Source: Methanomassiliicoccales archaeon (GTDB lineage: Archaea > Thermoplasmatota > Thermoplasmata > Methanomassiliicoccales > UBA472). Taken from it: a stretch of 64,000 nt of DNA. Positions 1-7,605 of the stretch are shown piece by piece. Both the position numbers and the translations under genes were made by a program. The first letter of the stretch is position 1, and every line of letters begins with the position of its first letter. The notes under the pieces were generated by a model. The model saw nothing but the letters and a program-made list of their open reading frames with translations. It was not told the origin of the DNA and searched no databases. Where the stretch lies: assembly GCA_028682895.1 (NCBI GenBank), contig JAJRAK010000057.1, positions 60,516 through 124,515 on the forward strand, written 5' to 3'.

Positions 1-68
1 CACTACACTACGGGGCTATGCGGAACGGTGGTAAATATTCCCTACCTTTAACCTTTTCGTTCAGGAGA

Positions 69-707
69 TCACTTTCTGGCGGTCTTGATGACCGCCGCGA
101 TCCGCTTGTAGACATCGTCGATGGCACCCATTCCGTCGACCGACTTCAGCACTCCCTTTTTACGGTAGTACTCGGTGAGGGGCGCAGTGCGTTCCGTGTA
201 GGTGGTGAAGCGCTCGCGGACGACCTTTTCGGTATCGTCGCTCCTCTGATATAGCTCTCCACCACACTTGTCGCACGACCCAGCTTTCTTGGGCGGATTG
301 AACTCCAGGTGGAACACGGAGTTGCAGGCGCGGCAGGAGCGTCTCTCGGTGAGGCGCCTGATAAGGACCTCTGGGTTGACTTCCAGGTCTACGGCCATTT
401 CAACATTGAAGAACTCTTCCAGCTTCTGGGCCTGCTCAAGAGAACGGGGGAACCCGTCCAGCAATACGCCGCCCTTCAGTCCTTTCAACTTCTCTCGTAT
501 GAGGCCGACGACCAGGTCGTCAGGTACCAGCTTTCCAGCGTCCATGAATCCCTTAGCCTTCACACCGAGCTCGGTCCCATTACGGACGGCCTCGCGCAGA
601 AGGTCCCCAGTTGATATCTTGGTGAAGCCGAACTCGGCCACGAGCCGTTCGGTCTGCGTTCCCTTACCCGATCCGGGAGGTCCCAAGAGCACGATCTTCA
701 GGTCCAT
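69..707 (-). CDS. adk: Adenylate kinase with zinc-binding lid (CxxC...CxxC)
   Basis: Translation MDLKIVLLGPPGSGKGTQ (P-loop), LID CRACNSVFH...CDKCGG. ORF 69..761 trimmed to the internal ATG at 705-707, which matches the canonical Adk N-terminus. Confidence 0.9.
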   Translation of the reverse strand: MDLKIVLLGPPGSGKGTQTERLVAEFGFTKISTGDLLREAVRNGTELGVKAKGFMDAGKLVPDDLVVGLIREKLKGLKGGVLLDGFPRSLEQAQKLEEFFNVEMAVDLEVNPEVLIRRLTERRSCRACNSVFHLEFNPPKKAGSCDKCGGELYQRSDDTEKVVRERFTTYTERTAPLTEYYRKKGVLKSVDGMGAIDDVYKRIAAVIKTARK

Positions 708-811
708 GGGCTGCCCATGCCCTTTCCCATAAATCATCTTTACGATTATTTCGAACACCAAAGCCGTTGAAAACGGTAAAGATTATCATACACCCATGAT
801 ATTGAACGCAC

Positions 812-1342
812 ATGCTCAAAGGACCGACCGTGGGGCTTGTACCGCTTCAGACAACCGATGAACTGGTCATGTTCCGTTGGATGAACGACCCCGCGATAAG
901 GGTGGCCGCCGGACGCCCCAATTGGAAGGCCTGCTACAGCTTGGAACAGGTGCAGGACCTCATCAAGGATTGGCTGGGTCAGTCGACACGCTTCGACCTT
1001 GTGGTGGTGGACCTGGAGAAAGGTGAACCTTGCGGCCTGATCGAGCTCAATCATCTTCATGCCATGAGCGACTCGGCCAGGCTCTCGTTGGTCTGGGGAG
1101 GTAGGAAGGAAAGTAAGCTGGCCGAGGAAGCGCTGTCCCTAGCATCGAACTACGCCTTCGAGACCCAGGCCCTTCATCGCCTATGGACCAGGGTGCCTTG
1201 CGACAGTGATTTCATCATAAGCTCTTTCCATAACGTCGGCTTCCGTGCTGAAGGCGTTCTCAGGGAGGACCACTTCAACGCAGGGGTTTGGCGCGATTCC
1301 GTCCTGCTCTCGTTATTGGCCACGGAGGCGGGGAAATGCTGA
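812..1342 (+). CDS. GNAT family N-acetyltransferase
   Basis: About 176 aa with a RimL/GNAT-like motif pattern (MNDPAI...; conserved acetyl-CoA-binding-like core). Tandem with a second GNAT gene. Confidence 0.6.
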   Translation: MLKGPTVGLVPLQTTDELVMFRWMNDPAIRVAAGRPNWKACYSLEQVQDLIKDWLGQSTRFDLVVVDLEKGEPCGLIELNHLHAMSDSARLSLVWGGRKESKLAEEALSLASNYAFETQALHRLWTRVPCDSDFIISSFHNVGFRAEGVLREDHFNAGVWRDSVLLSLLATEAGKC

Positions 1343-1872
1343 TGGGCGAGAAGGTCGACCTGGTGGCCGCGGAACGCAGCTATGTTCCCATGTACACCAA
1401 ATGGATCAATGACCCTGAGGTCACGCACTGGTTGAAGGCCGACCCGCCGTTCAGCGTGGAGATGGAGCAGGATTGGGTGGAAGGTGTGCGCCAGGAAGGG
1501 AAGATGACCTTCACCATCCTTACAAAGGAAGGCAAGCCCATCGGTAACATGGGAGTGGAAGAGATATCCTGGAAGGCCAGAAGGGCCTCGATAGGGATCA
1601 TGATAGGAGAGAAGGACTACTGGAGCAAGGGCTACGGGAGCGATGCCATAACCACGCTGCTCCGCTATCTGTTCGAGGAGCTGGGCATGAGGAGGGTACA
1701 GCTGTTCACCGACCTGGACAACATACGGGCACAGAAGGCCTACAAGAAGTGCGGCTTCCGGGAGGAGGGTGTAATGAGGCAGTTCCGCAACAAGGACGGG
1801 CGCCCGGTGGACGAGATGTTCATGGCCATACTGGCAGATGAGTGGTTCGAGAAGCATCCCCGACAAGGATGA
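1336..1872 (+). CDS. GNAT family N-acetyltransferase (second, tandem)
   Basis: MLMGEKVDLVAAERSYVPMYTKWINDPEV...RRVQLFTDLDNIRAQKAYKKCGFREEG is typical RimJ/RimL GNAT. Start moved to the ATG at 1336, overlapping the upstream stop by 7 nt. Confidence 0.7.
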   Translation: MLMGEKVDLVAAERSYVPMYTKWINDPEVTHWLKADPPFSVEMEQDWVEGVRQEGKMTFTILTKEGKPIGNMGVEEISWKARRASIGIMIGEKDYWSKGYGSDAITTLLRYLFEELGMRRVQLFTDLDNIRAQKAYKKCGFREEGVMRQFRNKDGRPVDEMFMAILADEWFEKHPRQG

Positions 1873-1918
1873 AGGACATAAGTTATTAGTAGATGGATTT
1901 CATTGGGCTAAATCCTAG

Positions 1919-2002
1919 GCAGGGGTAGCCAAGCCTGGCCAACGGCGCTAGATTCAGGGTCTAGTCCTTAGTGGTCCGAGGGTTCAAATCCCTTCCCCTG
2001 CA
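1919..2002 (+). tRNA. tRNA-Leu (anticodon CAG), class II with long variable arm
   Basis: GCAGGGG acceptor pairs with CCCCTGC. Anticodon stem CTAGA/TCTAG with loop TTCAGGG gives anticodon CAG. Long variable arm TCCTTAGTGGTCCGA; T-loop GGGTTCAAATCCC; CCA not encoded. Confidence 0.85.
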
Positions 2003-2047
2003 CTTGACTTTTTATTTGTTTGGCATAAAGAACGTTTCATATGAACA

Positions 2048-4894
2048 TCACACCTTTCCTTTCCGCAAACGCATCACCGATATCACGGCTACGATTACCA
2101 AAGCTATGGCTATTATTCCTACCATAATCAACATTGTACTATCGTTCTCAGAGCCTGGGGTGTCGTCATCGGGTAGAGGAACGGTTATAGAGGCCGTAGA
2201 AGAATTCTCGCCCTCACCGACCGCGTTCACGGCACTTATCTTGTACCAGTATGTCTGGCCGTTCGTCAAACCTGTATCAGTATAGATCAGGACTGAGGGC
2301 GACGATATCAGTTGATAAGTTCCATTAGAGGTCGTAGACCGATACAGCTTGTAACCAGTTATCGGACTGCCCCCGTTATTGGTCGGAGCGGTCCAGGTTA
2401 AGATCACCTGGGCATTGCCGGCGACAGGATCGAGGTCTTCGGGCGTTCCAGGGACCGTTGATGCGAATTCGAGAAATACACTGATCGGTGAACAATTCTC
2501 ACCCTCACCAGCCACGTTCACGGCGCTGATCTTGTACCAGTATGTCTGACCGTTCGTCAACCCCATATCAGTATAGTTCAGGACCGAGGGTGACGATATT
2601 AGCCCATATGTGCCGTTAGAGGTCGTTGACCGGTATACTTTATATCCAGTGATAGGGCCCACACCATCGCTAGCTGGGGCAGACCAAGCCAGATTTACCT
2701 GGTTGCTACTGGCGATAAGGGTCAGCCCCTGAGGGGCTCCGGGAGCCATCGATGCGTATTCAAGGAACACACCAACCGGCGAACAATTGGCCCCCTGACC
2801 GATCGCATTCACAGCACTTACTTGATAATAATAGGACTGATTATTGCTCAGGCCGGTGTCTGTATTGTTTAAGCCGGATAGCGATGCTATGAGACTGTAT
2901 GTACCACTTATCGTGTATGATCGATATATCTTGTAGGCAGTGATCGGACTGTTTCCGTCGATGAACGGCGCCTTCCATGTCAGATTGATCTGATCGCGGT
3001 CGGCGACAAGAGCAAGGTCCCGCGGGATCCCAGGGACGGTAGGCTGCGATGATGGGGTTGCGTTGACCGGAGTGCAATTTGCGCCCTCGCCGACCGTGTT
3101 AACCGTGCTAACCTTATACCAGTATATTTGATCGTTGATCGCATCTGTGTCAGTACAGTTCAGACCTGAGGGTGACGATATCAGCTCAAATATGCCGTTG
3201 GAGGTCGTGGACCGATACACTCTATAGCCAGTGATCGGGTCTCCTCCATCGTTGGCCGGAGCGTCCCATGTCAGGGCTACCTGGGCATTGCCGGCGACAG
3301 GAACGAGGTGGTCAGGGGCTTCAGGGACCTCGGGATCGAACGCGAGGAAGGTGGCGACATATGTGCAATTGGCCCCCTCGCCGGCATCGTTCACAGCACT
3401 GACCTGATAGTAATAGGACCGGTTATTGGTCAATCCAGTGTCTGAGTAGTTCATATCTGAGGTCGAGGCGATGAGATCGAACGGACCATCGAATATCGTT
3501 CTCCTGTATACCTTATAGTTGATGATCGGACTTCCACCATCGCTGATAGGAGCAGCCCAGGTCAGATCGACCTGTTTACTGCTCGAACTTAAGTGAAGGT
3601 CCTGCGGGGCTGTAGGGACTGCGGGCTCTGAGGATACCATTACGATGATCGCAGTGCAATTATCGCCCTCTCCGATCGCGTTTTCGGCGCTTACCTTGTA
3701 ATAGTATTTCAGCCCGTTCGTCAGCCCGGTATCGGTACAGTTCAGAACTAAAGGCGATGAAATCAAGGTAAAGGGGCCGTGGGATGTGGTGGACCGATAC
3801 ACATGATAGATGGTGATGTCACTTCCACCGTTGCGGTCGGGGGCATTCCACGTTAAAAGAACTTGAGCAACGCCCGGATAGGCGAGAAGGTCCTCAGGAG
3901 CCTCTGGAGCTGTTTTAACAAGGTATGAACCCATCTTCAGCCCGTTCCAATTGAAATTAGGCATGGGGAAGTTCGAGCCCGAATAGGCGTGACCCCTTAC
4001 CCCCGCCGGCGTATCCACCATCCAATTTTCATCTACAGATGTTGGGGCAACGAAACCTAGGAAATTTATCGAGGTCAAAGCAATGCAGGACTGGAACACC
4101 TGGCCTTGGATGGTCGTAACGCTACTGGGTATGGTGATGGAGGACAATGCAGTGCAGCCAAGGAATGCCGCTGAAGCAATGGTCCCGACCTTATCACCGA
4201 TATTCACGGAGGTTAAATTGATGCAATGCTGGAATGTATACTGGTCGACCTTTGTGAGGTTGTCGGATATGTTGACCGAGCTGAGGTTGGTACAATATTC
4301 AAAAGCATACCATCCGATCGTACGAACGCTGTCGGGAATAGTGATAGAGGTCAGGGCGGTGCAGTGAGAGAATGCATATTTGTAGATCGTTTTTACACTA
4401 TTGGGAAGGGTGATCGATGTCAGATTTGTGCATTGTTCGAACGTGTTGTACCCTATCGTTAGAACGGTGCCAGATGAGTCGAAGTGCACTGATGATAACG
4501 CTGAACAGTGCCAGAACATAGTGGTACTGATAACCTTGACATCGCTGGGAATATTGATCGAAGTAAGATTGTAACAACTGGCGAACGCACCAAGCCCGAT
4601 CGATGTGACGCTATTGGGGATGACCACAGAGGTCAGTGAGGTGCAGGTATCGAAGGCAGAATCGCCTATGGCCATGACCGTATAACCATCCAATGTGGAT
4701 GGGATGGTTATCGCTCCCCCTGTGCCATTATATCCTGTGATAGTTGCGACGAGCGGACTTCCGCTCGTGGAGTAAGTATAGTCCCCTTCTGTTGCGGCGT
4801 CGACTGTGTCGGTGGAAACAATGAAAAATCCGCTTGATATCAGCATGAATACTAATACCGCAGTTATCCTGAATGACCACTGTCTTTTTTCCAT
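2048..4894 (-). CDS. Large secreted/cell-surface protein: signal peptide, BspA-type leucine-rich repeats, six tandem fibronectin type III domains, C-terminal TM anchor
   Basis: The N-terminus MEKRQWSFRITAVLVFMLISSGFFIV is a signal/TM segment. Repeated ...CTSLTSVVIPNSVTSIGLGAF.SC.NLTSI.IP... units are BspA/LRR_5-like. Six roughly 95-aa units (AP.AP.DL......QV.LTW.AP..DGGSPIT.YKVYRST...G.Y.LI...).NYTDTGLTNG..Y.YKVSAVN.GEG) are Fn3. The C-terminus MLIMVGIIAIALVIVAVISVMRLRKGKV is a TM anchor. Start set at the ATG at 4892-4894, preceded by a G-rich RBS. Confidence 0.8.
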   Translation of the reverse strand: MEKRQWSFRITAVLVFMLISSGFFIVSTDTVDAATEGDYTYSTSGSPLVATITGYNGTGGAITIPSTLDGYTVMAIGDSAFDTCTSLTSVVIPNSVTSIGLGAFASCYNLTSINIPSDVKVISTTMFWHCSALSSVHFDSSGTVLTIGYNTFEQCTNLTSITLPNSVKTIYKYAFSHCTALTSITIPDSVRTIGWYAFEYCTNLSSVNISDNLTKVDQYTFQHCINLTSVNIGDKVGTIASAAFLGCTALSSITIPSSVTTIQGQVFQSCIALTSINFLGFVAPTSVDENWMVDTPAGVRGHAYSGSNFPMPNFNWNGLKMGSYLVKTAPEAPEDLLAYPGVAQVLLTWNAPDRNGGSDITIYHVYRSTTSHGPFTLISSPLVLNCTDTGLTNGLKYYYKVSAENAIGEGDNCTAIIVMVSSEPAVPTAPQDLHLSSSSKQVDLTWAAPISDGGSPIINYKVYRRTIFDGPFDLIASTSDMNYSDTGLTNNRSYYYQVSAVNDAGEGANCTYVATFLAFDPEVPEAPDHLVPVAGNAQVALTWDAPANDGGDPITGYRVYRSTTSNGIFELISSPSGLNCTDTDAINDQIYWYKVSTVNTVGEGANCTPVNATPSSQPTVPGIPRDLALVADRDQINLTWKAPFIDGNSPITAYKIYRSYTISGTYSLIASLSGLNNTDTGLSNNQSYYYQVSAVNAIGQGANCSPVGVFLEYASMAPGAPQGLTLIASSNQVNLAWSAPASDGVGPITGYKVYRSTTSNGTYGLISSPSVLNYTDMGLTNGQTYWYKISAVNVAGEGENCSPISVFLEFASTVPGTPEDLDPVAGNAQVILTWTAPTNNGGSPITGYKLYRSTTSNGTYQLISSPSVLIYTDTGLTNGQTYWYKISAVNAVGEGENSSTASITVPLPDDDTPGSENDSTMLIMVGIIAIALVIVAVISVMRLRKGKV
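2100..3900 (-). repeat. About 290-bp tandem coding repeats (six copies) encoding the Fn3 domains of the surface protein
   Basis: Near-identical DNA segments, for example cttgtaccagtatgtctg[g/a]ccgttcgtcaa at about 2230 and about 2530. The protein shows six Fn3 units. Confidence 0.7.
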
Positions 4895-5350
4895 ATTGAA
4901 TTCCCCCCACTGTCCATTATAATTCAAATGAGTTGACATTATCATTGTTTAGAGGAGACTATAAGACTATGCTGTCGAAAAAATTCTACGAAATCAATCA
5001 ATCAAGGCCAATTCATGACGAAAAATCTGCTTAAAGTTTGCCATAAGAACTCTTGCATTCCATACAAGATTCCTGTGCAAGAACAGCGCGAGTGCCGTAA
5101 AAAGCTCAGCAACAACCCACTGGCCTGATCCTTTCATATCGACGGGTCCATCGATAATCATCGAAGAAACGATCGATGCGGACCATAATAGGTACGGTGA
5201 CATGACGATGTTAGTACTGGCATGTAAAATGAATGTTGGGCCAGCTCTGGTAATTTTTTATAAGTCTTGCATTGCATGGATCCTTTCCTTTTGTGTCAAT
5301 CAAAATAAACATATATTACATGTCATCTTATGGTGATAATGGTGATATAG

Positions 5351-5710
5351 GTGAGCAATACACCGGCGAAATACGACGTAGAGTACAAATGGCTCCGAGA
5401 GGAGACTCGGAACGGAACATCGGAAGGTTGGTTAGAGAAAGTACGTGAAACATTGTCCGCCTTACTCCGGAGGGTCGGCAAGGCCGATGACAGCGAAGGG
5501 TCCGTGGACAACCATGTTCGATTGGAAGGGATGTCGAGATTGGGATTGGTGTTGCAATCATTAGGAACGCTTTTGCTTTTGGTTATGCTCATGCCAAAAT
5601 GGGACGTGCCCATCATTTCCTGCTTCGTGGCGGTGGTCGCAGGTGAAATCATTATTATCAACTCCCTATGTCATCACGGATGTGATATCCGGGGAGAGCG
5701 GACCAAATGA
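5351..5710 (+). CDS. Hypothetical protein with C-terminal hydrophobic segment
   Basis: GTG start at 5351 preceded by GGTGA. 119 aa. Hydrophobic stretch LGLVLQSLGTLLLLVMLM. Stop overlaps the start of the next gene (ATGA). Confidence 0.35.
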   Translation: MSNTPAKYDVEYKWLREETRNGTSEGWLEKVRETLSALLRRVGKADDSEGSVDNHVRLEGMSRLGLVLQSLGTLLLLVMLMPKWDVPIISCFVAVVAGEIIIINSLCHHGCDIRGERTK

Positions 5711-6087
5711 CCAACGTGACCATCAGAGGAATCGACGATGCCGTGTATGTTCAGTTCTCTGCGGAGGCCACCCTCAGGGGCATGGCCATCGGTGACCTTA
5801 CCACTCAGGCCATGGCCGAGTTCCTCGAGAAGAGCAGGGGACCTATCTATAGGATCTGGAACCTGGATGAGCTGACGGTCGCAGCGAACGATCTCAGGAC
5901 CATCGACGGGGTGGTGAACATCAGCAACATCGATAAGCTGGAGTTCGAGAAGGACGTCACCTGGGATGACATCAAGGACCGAATCCAGATAATCGAGAAC
6001 GTTGATAAGCTGATCGTCCCGAAGACAATATCGAAGTTTCAGATATTGACCAAGGTCAAGAACGTCAGCAGCATCAAGTCGGTCTGA
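5707..6087 (+). CDS. Ribbon-helix-helix (FitA/VapB-like) N-terminal domain protein with about 80-aa C-terminal extension
   Basis: N-terminal MTNVTIRGIDDAVYVQFSAEATLRGMAIGDLTTQAMAEFL matches the beta-alpha-alpha RHH antitoxin/repressor pattern (compare FitA VVIRNLSEATHNAIKFRARAAGRSTEAEIRLIL). Translationally coupled to the upstream ORF. Confidence 0.45.
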   Translation: MTNVTIRGIDDAVYVQFSAEATLRGMAIGDLTTQAMAEFLEKSRGPIYRIWNLDELTVAANDLRTIDGVVNISNIDKLEFEKDVTWDDIKDRIQIIENVDKLIVPKTISKFQILTKVKNVSSIKSV

Positions 6088-6132
6088 TACTCGGCTTGAA
6101 CAGCAACTCATTATTACTCACGCGGACCATGC

Positions 6133-6543
6133 ATGTACATGGTCAAGCTCACTCCAGAGATGATAGAGGCCTTCAAGGCCACAAGGTATTTTGCATTGGC
6201 TACGGCGTCAAAGGGCGGGGACCCTAATGTGGTCCCTGTGGGCATGGTCTTCCTCATGGACCCTGAGACGGTCTGGATCGGCAACCAGTTCATGCACCAG
6301 ACAGTGAAGAACGTGAAAGAGAACCCCCGTGCCGCCCTCCTGGTGTGGACACCAGGAGTTCCTGGCTGTATCAAGGTCAAGGGGGACGCGAAGATCATCG
6401 ACTCAGGTCCGGACTATGAGAAGATGAGAGAGATGGTGACAGAGAAGAAGCCGACACTGGTCTGCAAGGCCTTGCTGGCCATGAAGATCACGGACGTTTA
6501 CGACTGCCGTTCTGGAACAGAGGCCGGTAAGCAGCTGCTCTGA
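6133..6543 (+). CDS. Pyridoxamine 5'-phosphate oxidase-like FMN-binding split-barrel protein
   Basis: 136 aa. FALATASKGGDPNVVPVGMVFL...ENPRAALLVWTPG is typical of PNPOx-like flavin-binding proteins. Confidence 0.55.
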   Translation: MYMVKLTPEMIEAFKATRYFALATASKGGDPNVVPVGMVFLMDPETVWIGNQFMHQTVKNVKENPRAALLVWTPGVPGCIKVKGDAKIIDSGPDYEKMREMVTEKKPTLVCKALLAMKITDVYDCRSGTEAGKQLL

Positions 6544-6689
6544 TCGTCAGGTGATTCGGTAAGGTCCGTAGGGACGGAAGGCCGCCTCTTCGATGCGATG
6601 TTCAATTGGTACAATGACGACCAGTAGGTTTTCGTTGAAAGAGTCTTAAAATGCAATCTATTTAGGGCTGTTGTCACTATAGGAATGAC

Positions 6690-7487
6690 ATGACCGAGAT
6701 AGTACGTCATCTCATGAAGCTCGGGCTCAGCGAGTATGAGGCCAAGACATACTTGGCCACCGTGGCCTTGGGCGAGGGGACCATCAAGCAGATCAGCGAT
6801 GAGAGCAAGGTCCCGCGATCGAGAACGTACGACATCATGGACCGGCTAGCGGAGAAGGGTTTCGTCGAGGCTGGCAATACCGTACCGCGATGTTACCGGG
6901 TCAACAATCCCACCGAGGCGTTGGACCATCTATTGGACGAGATAAAGAGGTCCAGGGACGAGGCCGCCAAGACCTTGGAGGAGATCAGCAGGCAGACGGA
7001 GAGGCGTGACAACCCCCTATGGACCATCAAAGGGGAATGGGCCATCGACCACAAGGTGGCGGAGATGATCGATTTAGCACGTAAGGATGTCGTCATAGTG
7101 AGCGAGGATGCCAAGCACCTTATGCGCTTCACCAAGCAGATCGCACGGTCCGCTGAGGATAAGTCGGTGACGGCCATCGCCAAGTACGGTCTTAACGAGC
7201 TACGCGAGTCCGTAGGGAACGCCAGGGTATTGGAGGTAAGCGACAAGATGATAGTCGCCCCGGACATATTGAAGAAAGGTGATGGGAAGCGCTTTTCCCG
7301 GGACCAGGACTATGATGTCGAGGTCATGATGGTATGCGATCATCATAATACCATAATCATCTCCAGGGAAGGCAGCGGTCGTAGAGCGATCGTCAGCAAT
7401 GGCACCATACTGGATTTCCTCATCAACCGTGCTTCTGAATTGATAGTCGAGGACTCGCTGAAGCATGCGAGAACCCGAACGGTCTGA
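6690..7487 (+). CDS. TrmB family transcriptional regulator
   Basis: N-terminus LGLSEYEAKTYLATVALGEGTIKQISDESKVPRSRTYDIMDRLAEKGFVE is the TrmB HTH. About 265 aa with a C-terminal effector domain. Confidence 0.75.
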   Translation: MTEIVRHLMKLGLSEYEAKTYLATVALGEGTIKQISDESKVPRSRTYDIMDRLAEKGFVEAGNTVPRCYRVNNPTEALDHLLDEIKRSRDEAAKTLEEISRQTERRDNPLWTIKGEWAIDHKVAEMIDLARKDVVIVSEDAKHLMRFTKQIARSAEDKSVTAIAKYGLNELRESVGNARVLEVSDKMIVAPDILKKGDGKRFSRDQDYDVEVMMVCDHHNTIIISREGSGRRAIVSNGTILDFLINRASELIVEDSLKHARTRTV

Positions 7488-7605
7488 TGATCGCCCCGTT
7501 CGCACCGGTGCATATCCATATAAAAACGGAGCACTGAAAATCTATAAAGAAAAAAGAATGGGAAGTAAAGGGTGGCCTTTGGGCCACGTTGTCGGAGCGT
7601 TCATC

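Noticed and set aside
18-254. 78-aa plus-strand ORF
   Set aside because: Lies entirely antisense to the well-supported adk gene. GC-rich antisense frames are commonly open.
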